A stretch of DNA of 64,000 nucleotides, from positions 1,182,643-1,246,642 of the forward strand of contig CBDFJL010000003.1 in the NCBI GenBank assembly GCA_965248495.1. Reading direction: 5' to 3'. The translations under genes and the position numbers were made by a program. Below, piece after piece: positions 1-10,195 of this stretch. This DNA comes from Dehalococcoidia bacterium (lineage in GTDB: Bacteria > Chloroflexota > Dehalococcoidia > Lucifugimonadales > Australimonadaceae). Under the pieces are notes generated by a model that saw only the letters and a program-made list of their open reading frames with translations, searched no databases and had not been told where the DNA came from. Each line of letters opens with the position of its first letter. Positions within the stretch are counted from its first letter, which is position 1.

Positions 1-246
1 CCTACGTGCCCGCTGTCGTCGCGAGGCCCGGTTCCGCGGGTGTTGCGAAAGACACGCCGCGTGGCACATAAAGCCCGCGGCCGCCTGACAGGGACCCTAT
101 AACCCCAACGCTTGCGGTTCGGCTGGTCGGGAAGATCGTAAGGGCGGAGTTGTGTCGCTGGCTTGCGACCGAGTTCCCTGAACATGCCGACGCACCGTCC
201 GAGGATCAGCAGGTTCGACCGTGACCATCCGACTCGGCGCTCCAAC

Positions 247-1212
247 TCACCCCAAGCTGAGCGACTTGGCGAACTCGCGGTTGGCCATGTACCACTCGAC
301 CGTGCGGCGCAGGCCGTCTTCGAGCGATATCTGTGGCTCCCAATCGAGCAGGTGCCGGGCCTTCTCGATCACCGCCCAGGTGCCTGGTACGTCGGAAGGA
401 TCAGCGGGCTGACGGTTGATGCTCGCCTTGCGCCCGGTGAGGCTTTCGATGGTCGCGATGACGCTCATGAGCGGCACTGGGTGGTCGCTCCCGATGTTGA
501 CGACCTCGAACCCGACCGGCCTCAGCGCCGCGACGGTCGCTCGCGCGACGTCGTCCACGTAGGTGAAGTCGCGCTCCTGCGTTCCGGCGCCGTAGAGGAT
601 CAGGGGATCGCCCTCGGCGATCCAACGGATGAAGCGGAAGACACTCATATCGGGCCGCCCCGCCGGCCCATAGACCGTGAAGTAGCGGGGCACGGTGATA
701 TCCAGGCCATGGAGACGGTGGTAGGCGTAGCACAGCAGCTCCGCCGCCTTCTTAGACGCCGCGTAGGGCGAGCGAGGTCGGTCGGTCGGTGTCTCCTCGC
801 GGAAGGGACGCTCGGCGTCCCCATAGAGGCTCGATGTTGAGGCGAGCACGAACTTGCCGACCCCGTGGGCCCGACAGAGATCAAGGAGGTTCAGTGTCCC
901 CGTTAGGTTCGTTTCGTAGTACACCCACGGATTTTCCACGCTCTGCCGGACACCTGCTCTAGCGGCCAAGTTCACGACTGCGCCCAAGCCTCCGCCGGCG
1001 AATAGGCCGGCCAGCACCTCACGGTCGCCGAGGTCGATCGAGTGGAAGTCGAGCGAACGTTCCCGGAGGCGCCCCAGCCGCCACTCCTTCAGACGCGGGT
1101 CGTACGCGTCACAGAGGTTGTCCACGCCGACGACTTCGTGGCCGTCGTCGATTAACAGCTCTGTGACCCTCGCGCCGATGAATCCAGCGCAGCCAGTGAC
1201 TAGTACCTTCAA
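247..1212 (-). CDS. SDR-family NAD-dependent epimerase/dehydratase, UDP-glucuronate 4-epimerase-like
   Basis: 321-aa ORF; N-terminal Rossmann motif VTGCAGFIG, catalytic YAASK, and FTVYGPAGRPDM block typical of UDP-GlcA 4-epimerases. Confidence 0.8.
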   Translation of the reverse strand: MKVLVTGCAGFIGARVTELLIDDGHEVVGVDNLCDAYDPRLKEWRLGRLRERSLDFHSIDLGDREVLAGLFAGGGLGAVVNLAARAGVRQSVENPWVYYETNLTGTLNLLDLCRAHGVGKFVLASTSSLYGDAERPFREETPTDRPRSPYAASKKAAELLCYAYHRLHGLDITVPRYFTVYGPAGRPDMSVFRFIRWIAEGDPLILYGAGTQERDFTYVDDVARATVAALRPVGFEVVNIGSDHPVPLMSVIATIESLTGRKASINRQPADPSDVPGTWAVIEKARHLLDWEPQISLEDGLRRTVEWYMANREFAKSLSLG

Positions 1213-1522
1213 TGCTGGTGCGGCTCCTTTATCGACTAAGGCGGAGAGTGCCCCAGGGCGGGGGATTCACGACTCGGGGAAAGCGGCTTGGGCTGCCGGT
1301 AGTGGACATTAGCAGACTCGGGGTGATTCGCCGATGTGCATGGCTTGGGCACGGGCGTGTCGAGGGCTTGGTCGAGCTACCTGTCGTTTACGCCTGGGCT
1401 GGTGGACCGCCTGCCAGGCCACCGGAGGTCGCTCGACCATTTACACTACCGTAGTTGGTCGTTGCCTAAAACTGCAGTGCTTTGTGAATTGATGCCTCTA
1501 ATGCTTTGCGGCGAACTGTTCT

Positions 1523-3211
1523 GTGCGTGACCTGATAGATCGCATCGCTGCGGGGGCGCGCTATCTCCATTTGCGTCGGGTCTGCGACGAAGATGGCGTT
1601 CCCCACAACGGTCGGCGTGCATATGCTTGGCAGCTGTTGCGTTGGCTGAACGACAAGGACCCCCGCGCTGAGTGGGCGACTATGGCCGCGGCTGTGGCAA
1701 ACGACCTCGAGCCTGCCATTCGACCGAACCGCTCCAGAGCTACGATCATTTTCCCTGGCCAGGAAGACCGCCGGAACTACTCGAACAACGCCATCGATTG
1801 TGGGATTCTCGTCGATTCGTTCCACGACCTGCAGGTTGATGCGGCCTCTGCATCCAAGCTGAGGCCGCTAATCGAGGACGTCGTTCACACCTACCTGGTT
1901 CCGAAGCTCCGAGGCCCCAAAATCATCCACAACCAATACCTGTGGGCGGCCACCGGCCTAGCGAGGTGGATCGATGCCAACCCGGACACTCCGCGGGGGC
2001 CGGAGTATCGAGGTCTCGTCGGCGAGGTTCTTGAACACTGGCTCAACACGCTCGGTGACGACGGCTATGCGCCGTACATGAGCCAGGCCATCTCCAAGGG
2101 CCTGGAAGGGCCTACGACCTACTACCACTCACGGTGTATTGCCTTTGCTCTGTATGCCGCAGAGCTTACGGGCCAGGAGAGCCCGGATTTTCTCCAGAGG
2201 CACCTGAAGGCCGCCGAGATGCTGGCCGGCATGTACCAGCCTAGCGGCGTCAAGAACCTCCTGCTCGAGACAAAACGGTGGTACTTCTGGGGCCCAGATG
2301 AGACCGGGAGCCACCCGTACGACGTCTATGTGTTTTGGCGCATGGCCCAGCTCACGCGTGATGACGCGTGGACCACTTTCGCGGGACGGTCACTTGCCGC
2401 ATTGCTGCAGTCGCCTCGCCGAGAATCGGCAAGCCGAGCGCGGGACTGGCAGTGCGAAACCATGCGCGTAGGTCACCTAGCGTGGCTCACGCGCATTCCG
2501 GATACGTTCCTGCTGGAAGCTCTTGAGCGCCGTGACCACGGCCTTCGCCTGACCCATGGAGCGCTCATGCCGCGCTCCGAGCGACGCCTGGCACTGGTTG
2601 GAGAGCCGGAGACATGGGTCGGAGTCTTGACTGCGAAAGCTCCTCTGACTGGGCACACGGGAGGCAGGGCCACAGGTTTGATGGTGGCCGGGAACACCAA
2701 CATCAACGATCTGGTGACTCAACTCCCGCTTCACTACCGCATCGGTGGATCCCCTCTGGCCTCCGTGGGCTACATCGCCGGGGCACTAGCCCAGACCGGG
2801 CGGCACGTCTATTGGCGAGTGTGGCAGACTCTGCGTTACAAGCATAGGCCGGTCGAGGCGGCGCGCGTTCTTTGGCTCCAAGTGGCCGGATTCTGCTGGG
2901 CCGGCCTGAGGCACAGAAGCACTGAGTTCTGCTGCGCGCTCGTGAACATCGAACAGGGCCCTGGACAGCTCTCGTACGAATTGGTAGCGACCGACGTTGG
3001 GGGGCACGAGGCGGTTTCCTTGGGACGCCGCACTGTCGGGTGGCAAGAAGGAGTGCTGAGCGTCGACGACCTCATCGACTACTGCGGGCAGTGGCGACTG
3101 CGTGTCCCCGAAGGCTGGGAGTGCAGCAGGGCACCGTCGGTGGACGGCTACCTCGTTGGGCGAGGACCTGTCCGCATCTCTCTACGAGGCCCGCTTAGCG
3201 CTGGTCCCTAG
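1523..3211 (+). CDS. hypothetical protein (562 aa), function unknown, inside polysaccharide locus
   Basis: Long ORF with normal amino-acid composition, convergent with the glycosyltransferase at 3182; no motif I can name; start codon uncertain. Confidence 0.5.
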   Translation: MRDLIDRIAAGARYLHLRRVCDEDGVPHNGRRAYAWQLLRWLNDKDPRAEWATMAAAVANDLEPAIRPNRSRATIIFPGQEDRRNYSNNAIDCGILVDSFHDLQVDAASASKLRPLIEDVVHTYLVPKLRGPKIIHNQYLWAATGLARWIDANPDTPRGPEYRGLVGEVLEHWLNTLGDDGYAPYMSQAISKGLEGPTTYYHSRCIAFALYAAELTGQESPDFLQRHLKAAEMLAGMYQPSGVKNLLLETKRWYFWGPDETGSHPYDVYVFWRMAQLTRDDAWTTFAGRSLAALLQSPRRESASRARDWQCETMRVGHLAWLTRIPDTFLLEALERRDHGLRLTHGALMPRSERRLALVGEPETWVGVLTAKAPLTGHTGGRATGLMVAGNTNINDLVTQLPLHYRIGGSPLASVGYIAGALAQTGRHVYWRVWQTLRYKHRPVEAARVLWLQVAGFCWAGLRHRSTEFCCALVNIEQGPGQLSYELVATDVGGHEAVSLGRRTVGWQEGVLSVDDLIDYCGQWRLRVPEGWECSRAPSVDGYLVGRGPVRISLRGPLSAGP

Positions 3212-4381
3212 CTCGGTGTAGAGGTTGAGGTATTGTGTGACCACCTGGCGTTCATCGTAGTGGGCTTCGGCCTTCGCTCGCGCAGCCTGACCTAGGGACA
3301 CGCGCAGCTCGGGGGCAGTCACCAGCCGGTTGATCGCCTCGGCGAGCGCAGCGGCATCTCTGGGGTTCGTCAACAAGCCGGTCTGCTCGTGGTCGACCAC
3401 TTCGCGGCAACCGGGGACATCGGTGGTCACCGCGGGCTTGCCGAGGGCCGCAGCTTCCAGCAGTACCCTTGGGATCCCTTCTCTGTAGGACGGGAGGACC
3501 ACGATGTCGGACGCAGCCATCAGGTCGCGGACGTCGTCTCGCTCCCCCAGGTAGCGCACCGTTCCATCAGCGGACCACCCCTGCAACTGCGACGCCGGAA
3601 TAGAGGCCGAGTTGCCACTATCGGCCGGTCCGACCAGCACAGAGACCGACCGAGTCCCCAGGGTCTTCGAAGCCCACACGAACTCCTCGACGCCCTTGGT
3701 CCACAACATCCGCGCGACCATGAGGACTACGACATCGTCATCCGTGACACCAATCTCCCGGCGGACCGCGGCCCGCTTGGTCGCCGTTAGACAGTCGGGA
3801 TGGAAGAAGGCGGTGTCGACACCGGAGCCTGAGGGCAGAAGGCGGGCGCGGTCGGCCGGCACGGCCTTGAGACGCTTGAGGGCGGCGAGGTCGTCCGGGT
3901 TGAAAAACACGACGGCGGAGGATAGGCGGGCAGTCACCCCAATGAGCGCCGTGACTAGCAAGCGAATGATCAGAACGCGCAACCCCCTCGCTGTGTAGAC
4001 GTACCCGAGCCCGGTAACGGTAGAGATGGCCGGAGGCTTCCGCGCTAGCCTGGCTGCCAATGGCCCGTAGACGTTTGGTTTCATCGTGAAGCAGTGGACG
4101 ATGTCCGGCCTGAGTCGTCGCAGGATCCCCACCAAGTCAATGACGCTCCGGAGTTCTTTCCACGGTGCCATGGAGCGCCGGCCCACCAACCATGGCTCAA
4201 ACCTGGCTCCAAGGGCTGTGATCTTCCGGACGTCCTCGTCGGCTGCCCCGACGACGTGGACGGACACCCCTTGCCCGACCAGACCCCGGATGAGGGCCGC
4301 TCTGTACTGGTAGGCGACATGAGCCGTGTTTACCACGATCGCGACGCGTTGTGCTCGTACCCGAGGCGCTGCACTGCTCAT
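3182..4381 (-). CDS. glycosyltransferase, GT4-like (GT-B fold)
   Basis: 399-aa ORF; C-terminal EX7E-type block SYREGIPRVLLEAAALGKPAVTTDVPGCREVV. Confidence 0.8.
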   Translation of the reverse strand: MSSAAPRVRAQRVAIVVNTAHVAYQYRAALIRGLVGQGVSVHVVGAADEDVRKITALGARFEPWLVGRRSMAPWKELRSVIDLVGILRRLRPDIVHCFTMKPNVYGPLAARLARKPPAISTVTGLGYVYTARGLRVLIIRLLVTALIGVTARLSSAVVFFNPDDLAALKRLKAVPADRARLLPSGSGVDTAFFHPDCLTATKRAAVRREIGVTDDDVVVLMVARMLWTKGVEEFVWASKTLGTRSVSVLVGPADSGNSASIPASQLQGWSADGTVRYLGERDDVRDLMAASDIVVLPSYREGIPRVLLEAAALGKPAVTTDVPGCREVVDHEQTGLLTNPRDAAALAEAINRLVTAPELRVSLGQAARAKAEAHYDERQVVTQYLNLYTELGTSAKRAS

Positions 4382-5523
4382 GCGGGCACATCCGGTGCCG
4401 ATAGCCCCCCAAGCTGTTGAAGCAGCTCGTCCATGCGTTTTGCGACTCGACCGGCATCGTATCGCAGTGCATTCTGGCGGCTCTGCGAGGCAAGCGCAGA
4501 CCTTGCCGACTCGTCGGTAGCGAGCCTAAGGATCGCGCTCGCCAGCGATTCCGCGTCGTCCAGCGGCACGAGCACCTGCCCCTCCACCTCGCGCAGGATC
4601 TCGTTGGCGCCATCGGTAGCGGTGGCGACGATTGCCTTCCCCATGGCCATTGCCTCCACGATGCTGATTCCAAACGTCTCCCACCGAGAGCTTGAGACGT
4701 ATATATCGGCGGCCGCGACCAATGGATAAGGGTCTTCCGCCCTGCCGGGAAGCCGGACCACGCCTGTCAGGCCCAACTGCCTGGCCAACGCTTCCAAGCG
4801 TCCCCGCTCGGGTCCCTCCCCGATGATGTCGCACAGCACGCTGGCGCCTTTGCTCCGCACATGGGCCACTGCATCTAGCAGGACATCGAATCCCTTGGCT
4901 GGGTGCAAACGGCCGACGCTCACAATGTGGACCGGCGCGGCTGCCAGCCGCTCTCCCGGCCTAACCTGGTCGAGTAAGGCCAGATCTATCGAGTTCGGCA
5001 GCACTTCGACTTGCGCCAGACTGAGGCCGTTGAACGCTTGTACCCGTTCCCGGAGCCCTTCGGAGATAGGCAGCACCAGGTCGCAGCGACGCAAAGTCCA
5101 GCGTGCTAGCTGGCGCCGCAGGAATCCGGTCCGGTGTAGTTGAAAGTCCCGCTCGAGGTCACTTTGCAGTGACCAGACCATCGTGGGCCGTTTGCGCAAC
5201 CAAAACGTCGCCAAGGCGGCCAGCATCATTGGAAACCACAGGAACCCAACGATCACGGCGGGCTCCTCACGCTTGATGAGCGTGCGCAGCCGACCCACGC
5301 GAGCCAGGGTCCATGCCAGCGTCCGCACGTACCCTGAAGGCCGATGGTCGGAGAGGGTGTGAAGGATGGCCCGCGCTTCGACATCCCGAACCCAAGGCCC
5401 CTTGCGTTCTAGCAGGACAACTTCGCATTCCCGCTTCTGGGGCCAGGCCCGAACGAGGTTGACGAGTTGCCGTTCCGCACCGCCCGGTTCGAGGTTGAGG
5501 GTCAGGAAAAATACGCGTGACAT
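4378..5523 (-). CDS. glycosyltransferase, GT4-like
   Basis: 381-aa ORF; SRWETFGISIVEAMAMGKAIVATATDGANEIL block; 4-nt stop/start overlap with downstream gene. Confidence 0.8.
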   Translation of the reverse strand: MSRVFFLTLNLEPGGAERQLVNLVRAWPQKRECEVVLLERKGPWVRDVEARAILHTLSDHRPSGYVRTLAWTLARVGRLRTLIKREEPAVIVGFLWFPMMLAALATFWLRKRPTMVWSLQSDLERDFQLHRTGFLRRQLARWTLRRCDLVLPISEGLRERVQAFNGLSLAQVEVLPNSIDLALLDQVRPGERLAAAPVHIVSVGRLHPAKGFDVLLDAVAHVRSKGASVLCDIIGEGPERGRLEALARQLGLTGVVRLPGRAEDPYPLVAAADIYVSSSRWETFGISIVEAMAMGKAIVATATDGANEILREVEGQVLVPLDDAESLASAILRLATDESARSALASQSRQNALRYDAGRVAKRMDELLQQLGGLSAPDVPA

Positions 5524-5550
5524 TGGTCAGATAGCCCAGTGGCGACGTGG

Positions 5551-6195
5551 CTATGGCTCGGCCAGCACGAGGCAGTTGAACTTCCACCGGATGGGAACGC
5601 TACGGAGGAATGGCACGCCTTCGGCGATCGATAGCCCCGCCAACACGAATGAGGGTACTCGTCGGGACCTGGGTACCATGAATGGCCGCCAGGCGACGGG
5701 CTCGAATCCAGACCGGCCCATGGCCTCCATTGCCGATCTGGGGTCGAGATCGGTCCGCGGATTGAAATCGATGATCAACTTCTTTCGTACATTGGGTCTC
5801 AGACGCGCCAGCACGGCGATAGGGTCTGGGGCGTAGAAGAAGAACGTTCGCATGAAGGCGACAACCGCGTCATAGGGCCTAGCTGCGTGGTAGTCCTCGA
5901 CCGACGCTACTTCGAACCGAGCGTCCACCTTCCATTCCGATGCGCGTGTCCGCGCTTGGCGGACCATTTCCGGGGATGAATCGACACCATTAACCTGCAA
6001 TCCGGAAGCTGCCAGAACGCATGCGAGTAAACCGTCGCCGCAACCCAGTTCGAGCACTGAGTCGCCATGGGCCAGCCTTGGCCCCCAGCCAACGATGAGG
6101 TCGCGGCGGCGCTCCATCAAGGCCTGCGGGTCGGGGTACTCCGCCTCGGAGAAGCCGGCCGCGATCTTATCGTATTTGCCGGACAGATCAGCCAC
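5551..6195 (-). CDS. class I SAM-dependent methyltransferase
   Basis: 214-aa ORF; SAM motif I VLELGCGDG. Confidence 0.75.
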   Translation of the reverse strand: MADLSGKYDKIAAGFSEAEYPDPQALMERRRDLIVGWGPRLAHGDSVLELGCGDGLLACVLAASGLQVNGVDSSPEMVRQARTRASEWKVDARFEVASVEDYHAARPYDAVVAFMRTFFFYAPDPIAVLARLRPNVRKKLIIDFNPRTDLDPRSAMEAMGRSGFEPVAWRPFMVPRSRRVPSFVLAGLSIAEGVPFLRSVPIRWKFNCLVLAEP

Positions 6196-6228
6196 GCACT
6201 ACCCCTCTGACCTCGGCCGCCAATGACG

Positions 6229-6918
6229 CTACAGGCGACATGGGCGCCGAGCGCTCCGGAGAATCAGCGCTTTGAGTGCGATGCGAACCGGTGCCTTGTT
6301 CATATCGTAATCGTGCAAGTAGATGAGCCTTATCCGCCCAGGAGCCGCGGTCGGGGCGCGACCAAAGGCCCGAACGTATTGCCCGAGGCTGCACGAGGTC
6401 GGCAAGAGCAGCATCGACCCTGGCCCAGCTCTCAGGCGAGCCTCCGGCTGCCACCGCTCCATCCCGTGCCCGTCTGTTTCCCGCGCGGTGCCCACTCGTG
6501 TGGAACAATCATAGGCGAATCCAGCTTCCGCGAGTGCAGAAAAAATGGGCTCGCCGGCGGCCCAGCCACCGGAGGTAAAGCCGACCGGGTCGCTGCCCAT
6601 CGCCCGCAGTGCCGTGCGATCGCGCTCGATACAAAGCCGGACGTTTTCAGGGCTGAAGTCATTACGTTTATTGGGTCCGGCGATGAGGTGCCCGCTGTAG
6701 AAATGGGAGTGTTGCGCAATCTCATGCCCCAAAGCGGCAAGCTGCCGCACACGATCGCCAATATCGATTCCCGCCACCGATGCCCGGAACGGGTACACGA
6801 AGAAGGTGACTCGGTGGCCGCGCCGGGCAAGATCTCCAGCGACCCTCTCCACCTGATCCCAAACCTGATCGTCGTGCAACGCTTCCGTGTGGAAGCAAAC
6901 AGTCTCACTTACGTCCAT
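6229..6918 (-). CDS. polysaccharide deacetylase-like protein
   Basis: 229-aa ORF; VTFFVYP and LGHEIAQHSH blocks resemble CE4-type deacetylase metal-binding motifs. Confidence 0.6.
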   Translation of the reverse strand: MDVSETVCFHTEALHDDQVWDQVERVAGDLARRGHRVTFFVYPFRASVAGIDIGDRVRQLAALGHEIAQHSHFYSGHLIAGPNKRNDFSPENVRLCIERDRTALRAMGSDPVGFTSGGWAAGEPIFSALAEAGFAYDCSTRVGTARETDGHGMERWQPEARLRAGPGSMLLLPTSCSLGQYVRAFGRAPTAAPGRIRLIYLHDYDMNKAPVRIALKALILRSARRPCRL

Positions 6919-8347
6919 CGGAAGCCTTGCTGGGCGCAGATCCTGAGATGCGTGCGCCCTGCTCTCGCGAGACCAGCGTGGCGCCTATGCAGGGAAGCCC
7001 CAGAACGAACCACAACCAAGCGTCGCTCGTCTGCAAGTAGTTGAATAGGGCGGCGAACGTAGCCGCCGCGGCCGCTCCCAGGAAAACAGAATAGGCCGGC
7101 CCGCGGCTCGTTAGGTATCCAACGCACCAGATGGCACCGGCTGCCATCGCCAGCAATAGGACGAGTCCGGGAATGCCTCCCTCCGCAAGGAGGCGCAGGA
7201 CGCCAGGAGCACCACCCCCGGTGTAGAGGTACACGCCTTGACCGACACCCAGCGCATTCTGAGCGAGCAGGGAGGGGACCTCCGAGTATGCGGATGCCCG
7301 CCCTTCAAGGCTAAGCTCGAACGACCACCGAGAGAAAGCGAAGTCGACTGCCGACTCGCCCAGAAGGCGTTGGCTCAGTTCCAGGCCAGCCCACAGCAAG
7401 GGCACCCCCAGCGGCACCAACAGCCAGAGCTTTCGACGGTCGCTGATGGTCGCGTAGACAAGCACGACGATCGTGCCCACCAGCAGGCCAACGAAGCCGG
7501 CGCGAGATAGCGAGACGACGAGCCCCGCGCTTAGCAAGCCGAGCATGACCACATTTGCCCATCGCGGGCCGGACCGGGCCCAGATGAGATAAGCCGCCAG
7601 CATCATGGCCACGGCAGAGAGGCTCCCAAATGCGGTGGGCTCGAACAGGGTGGAAAAGGGCCGCGCAGAAGCGTTTCGAAGTGTTCCGGGCAAGATCGGC
7701 CAGTCAAGCTCCTGGCCCAGCACAAAGGCTTGGTATATCCCGTACGAGGCCGAGGCTGACGCGCCGGCGACGAACAGCCGAATGTATCGGTCGAGCGAGC
7801 GCCAAGAGTGCACAGTTCCGAGCAACATAATTACGAGAGCGAACGAAGCTGCCATCCGGGCCGACTCGACGGCTGTACGGAAGAATGGGTGAGGGATGAA
7901 CTCATCCACGGCGGTGAGATCGCGGGGTGCGAACCAAGCCAGGGCGAACCCCAGAAGGCTTGAGTAGAGGATGTATAGGCCAAAGAAGCCGACGTACACC
8001 CGGACCGGTCCCGGCAGTGTCCGGAACTCTCGGTTCAGCCAAGAAAGTGCTCTGGGCGTCAGCGTCCACAGAAGCACCTCCGAGATTCTGATTCGGAGCA
8101 TCAATGAGACAGTCGGGGCTTGGGTGAACGGCAGCGCAAACACCGCCAGGGCGAGTACGAAACCTAGCCGCCTGCTGAGTACAGCCACAAGAATGAGCGC
8201 GGCCCCCACGGCCACCGGGACCGCCGCGGGCTCGACCCAAAACTCACCGCGCCCGACCATCCGGCCGGTAACCAGCGCGGCCGCGAGGCCGCCAGCGACG
8301 AGCAGCGCGGTGGTGGTGCGTCTGGGTAGCCAGGTACCGCGGTTCAT
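6905..8347 (-). CDS. O-antigen polymerase/ligase family membrane protein (Wzy-like)
   Basis: 480-aa polytopic membrane ORF with Wzy_C-like SLSRAGFVGLLVG segment. Confidence 0.7.
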   Translation of the reverse strand: MNRGTWLPRRTTTALLVAGGLAAALVTGRMVGRGEFWVEPAAVPVAVGAALILVAVLSRRLGFVLALAVFALPFTQAPTVSLMLRIRISEVLLWTLTPRALSWLNREFRTLPGPVRVYVGFFGLYILYSSLLGFALAWFAPRDLTAVDEFIPHPFFRTAVESARMAASFALVIMLLGTVHSWRSLDRYIRLFVAGASASASYGIYQAFVLGQELDWPILPGTLRNASARPFSTLFEPTAFGSLSAVAMMLAAYLIWARSGPRWANVVMLGLLSAGLVVSLSRAGFVGLLVGTIVVLVYATISDRRKLWLLVPLGVPLLWAGLELSQRLLGESAVDFAFSRWSFELSLEGRASAYSEVPSLLAQNALGVGQGVYLYTGGGAPGVLRLLAEGGIPGLVLLLAMAAGAIWCVGYLTSRGPAYSVFLGAAAAATFAALFNYLQTSDAWLWFVLGLPCIGATLVSREQGARISGSAPSKASDGRK

Positions 8348-9564
8348 TGGCGTCCGACGACCGGGAGGAGCGACTCCGCCACTCGGATGATCGTCGCTGC
8401 GCGCTTATCCCAAGTGAACCGAGCAGCGTCATCCCGTGCCCTCGCACCGAGCGTCGCGGCAAACTCGGGGTTTAGCAGAAGAGCTTCGAGCCCGAGTGTG
8501 AGGGCGTCGACGCTGTCGGGGCGCACGAGCCAGGCGTTGCTCCCATGTTTGAGAACCTCACGCATCGCCGGGAGGTCGGTTGAGATGATAGGAGCCCCAG
8601 CCGCCATGTATTCGAAGAGTTTCATCGGCGACACGTAGTAGGCATAGTGGTCTGTCGTCGGGTAAGGCGCTGCGGCGATGTCCAGAGCCGCTAGCCACTT
8701 AGGCACCTCTCGGTTAGGGACTCTGTCCACGATCTGAAGTGCATCGTCTGGTAGTCCCGACTCCTTGGCGATCTGCCTATAAGCGACCGCGGGCTCCATC
8801 GGACCTCCGACGAGCAGCAGCTGCGGTGCGATGCCCAGCTTGGCTCGGAGCTTTGCGAGCGCTCGTATCAGATCAGGGATACCCTTCTCTGCGCCTAGGA
8901 ACTGGAAACGCCCGACGTACCCAATGATAGGCGCTCCTGATGCCAGACCTAGGTCCGCTCGCGCTTGTGCCTTCGAGGACAGATCCTCGAACAGGCTCAG
9001 GTCGACCGCATCAGGCAAGACGAGGGTGTTGTCAGGCGATGCCCCGAGGTCCTCGATACGCTCTTTCAGAAAGGACGTCAGCGCGATGTAGACGGCCCGT
9101 GGCTGCCGCGCGATGACCCGCCGCAACAACCAGCGCTGCGCGTAGCGCGGCATCGCGTGAAGCTCAAGGACGAATGGGACCCCGGAGCGGGCCAACCAGT
9201 ACGCGACCGGGATATCGCGTGTCATGACTACGTCTGAGTCCAGAGCCACGGAATGGGAAACAGCGCGGCGGGCCCACCAGACTGCGTGCGCGATGTAGAG
9301 CGGGCCGTAGACTGGACCGGGTAGCCGGTCGCCCATGGGGACAATATCCCAATTGGGGAGGGTCACCACGTCGAAACGAGGCTCGACGTCGTAGTAAGCG
9401 AACGGTGCTGCCGCCGCCAACCGCGGATCCTTCTGGTGACGCTTCGTGTGAAGCAGTGTGACCGATACACCGGCCTTGGCGAGGGCCTCGCACGTCTTCA
9501 TGATCTGAAGGCCGTGGGCCTTCTCGGTTGGAAGCCGCGCATTTGCGACGTAGGTCAGTCTCAT
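8344..9564 (-). CDS. glycosyltransferase, GT4-like
   Basis: ORF 8344..9687; start moved to MRLTYVANARLPTEKAHG (9564), which removes the overlap with the upstream gene; YYVSPMKLFEYMAAGAPIISTDLP block. Confidence 0.75.
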   Translation of the reverse strand: MRLTYVANARLPTEKAHGLQIMKTCEALAKAGVSVTLLHTKRHQKDPRLAAAAPFAYYDVEPRFDVVTLPNWDIVPMGDRLPGPVYGPLYIAHAVWWARRAVSHSVALDSDVVMTRDIPVAYWLARSGVPFVLELHAMPRYAQRWLLRRVIARQPRAVYIALTSFLKERIEDLGASPDNTLVLPDAVDLSLFEDLSSKAQARADLGLASGAPIIGYVGRFQFLGAEKGIPDLIRALAKLRAKLGIAPQLLLVGGPMEPAVAYRQIAKESGLPDDALQIVDRVPNREVPKWLAALDIAAAPYPTTDHYAYYVSPMKLFEYMAAGAPIISTDLPAMREVLKHGSNAWLVRPDSVDALTLGLEALLLNPEFAATLGARARDDAARFTWDKRAATIIRVAESLLPVVGRQ

Positions 9565-9580
9565 GCCAAGAGTGAGCCGA

Positions 9581-10195
9581 TCAACCGCCGCCTCGCAGCG
9601 AGGCCATGGGTTGGCGGCAAACCAGGTTGTCGTTGACGCCCGCGCTGATGAGCTCGTCAGTGACCTCCAACTCAAGCCCACGGTCATCGTCGATTGCCCG
9701 TAGGTTGCCGAACAGTCCGCGTAACGCCTCCACCAGTTCCAGTCCGGTATGCCCAGAGCGGCGCAGCGAGGCCGGATTCAGCTCGGCGAACGGGATCATC
9801 GAAGGGTTCCCTGCGATCGTCGCACGCATCCCGGCTAGCGCCTCGGGCTCGCCACCTTCGATGTCCATCTTGACGACGTCGACCTTCTTGCCGCCGAGAA
9901 AGTCGTCCAGTGCAACCTTCTCCACGGGGACCGGCTTGTCGTAACGTCGCGGCGCCGCCAGGCTCGAGAGATATGGCATCGACGAGAGGTGAAACTCCCC
10001 GGGGCCTGAGGTAGCCGAGACCGCACTGGAATGCGCCGACACTATGTTTGCCAGGTCGTTCTCCTCGATGTTCGCCTGTAGCGCATCGAAGGTACGCGGG
10101 TCCGGCTCGAATGCGATGACTCGACCGGCCGGCCCCACCTGTCTCGCAGCAGTAAGGGCATAGAGCCCGATGTTCGCGCCGTAAGCGAGCTTCAC
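9581..10195 (-). CDS. FkbM-family methyltransferase
   Basis: 204-aa ORF; GANIGLYALTAA...VIAFEPDP and VVKMDIEGGE blocks typical of FkbM family; N-terminus looks short. Confidence 0.65.
   Translation of the reverse strand: MKLAYGANIGLYALTAARQVGPAGRVIAFEPDPRTFDALQANIEENDLANIVSAHSSAVSATSGPGEFHLSSMPYLSSLAAPRRYDKPVPVEKVALDDFLGGKKVDVVKMDIEGGEPEALAGMRATIAGNPSMIPFAELNPASLRRSGHTGLELVEALRGLFGNLRAIDDDRGLELEVTDELISAGVNDNLVCRQPMASLRGGG

Noticed and set aside
163-840. 225-aa plus-strand ORF, and similar long ORFs opposite annotated genes (for example 13014-13757, 15539-16525, 33607-34542, 44622-45338)
   Set aside because: They are antisense or off-frame shadows of well-supported genes in high-GC DNA. Their composition is Arg/Pro/Gly/Ala-rich and they have no motifs.
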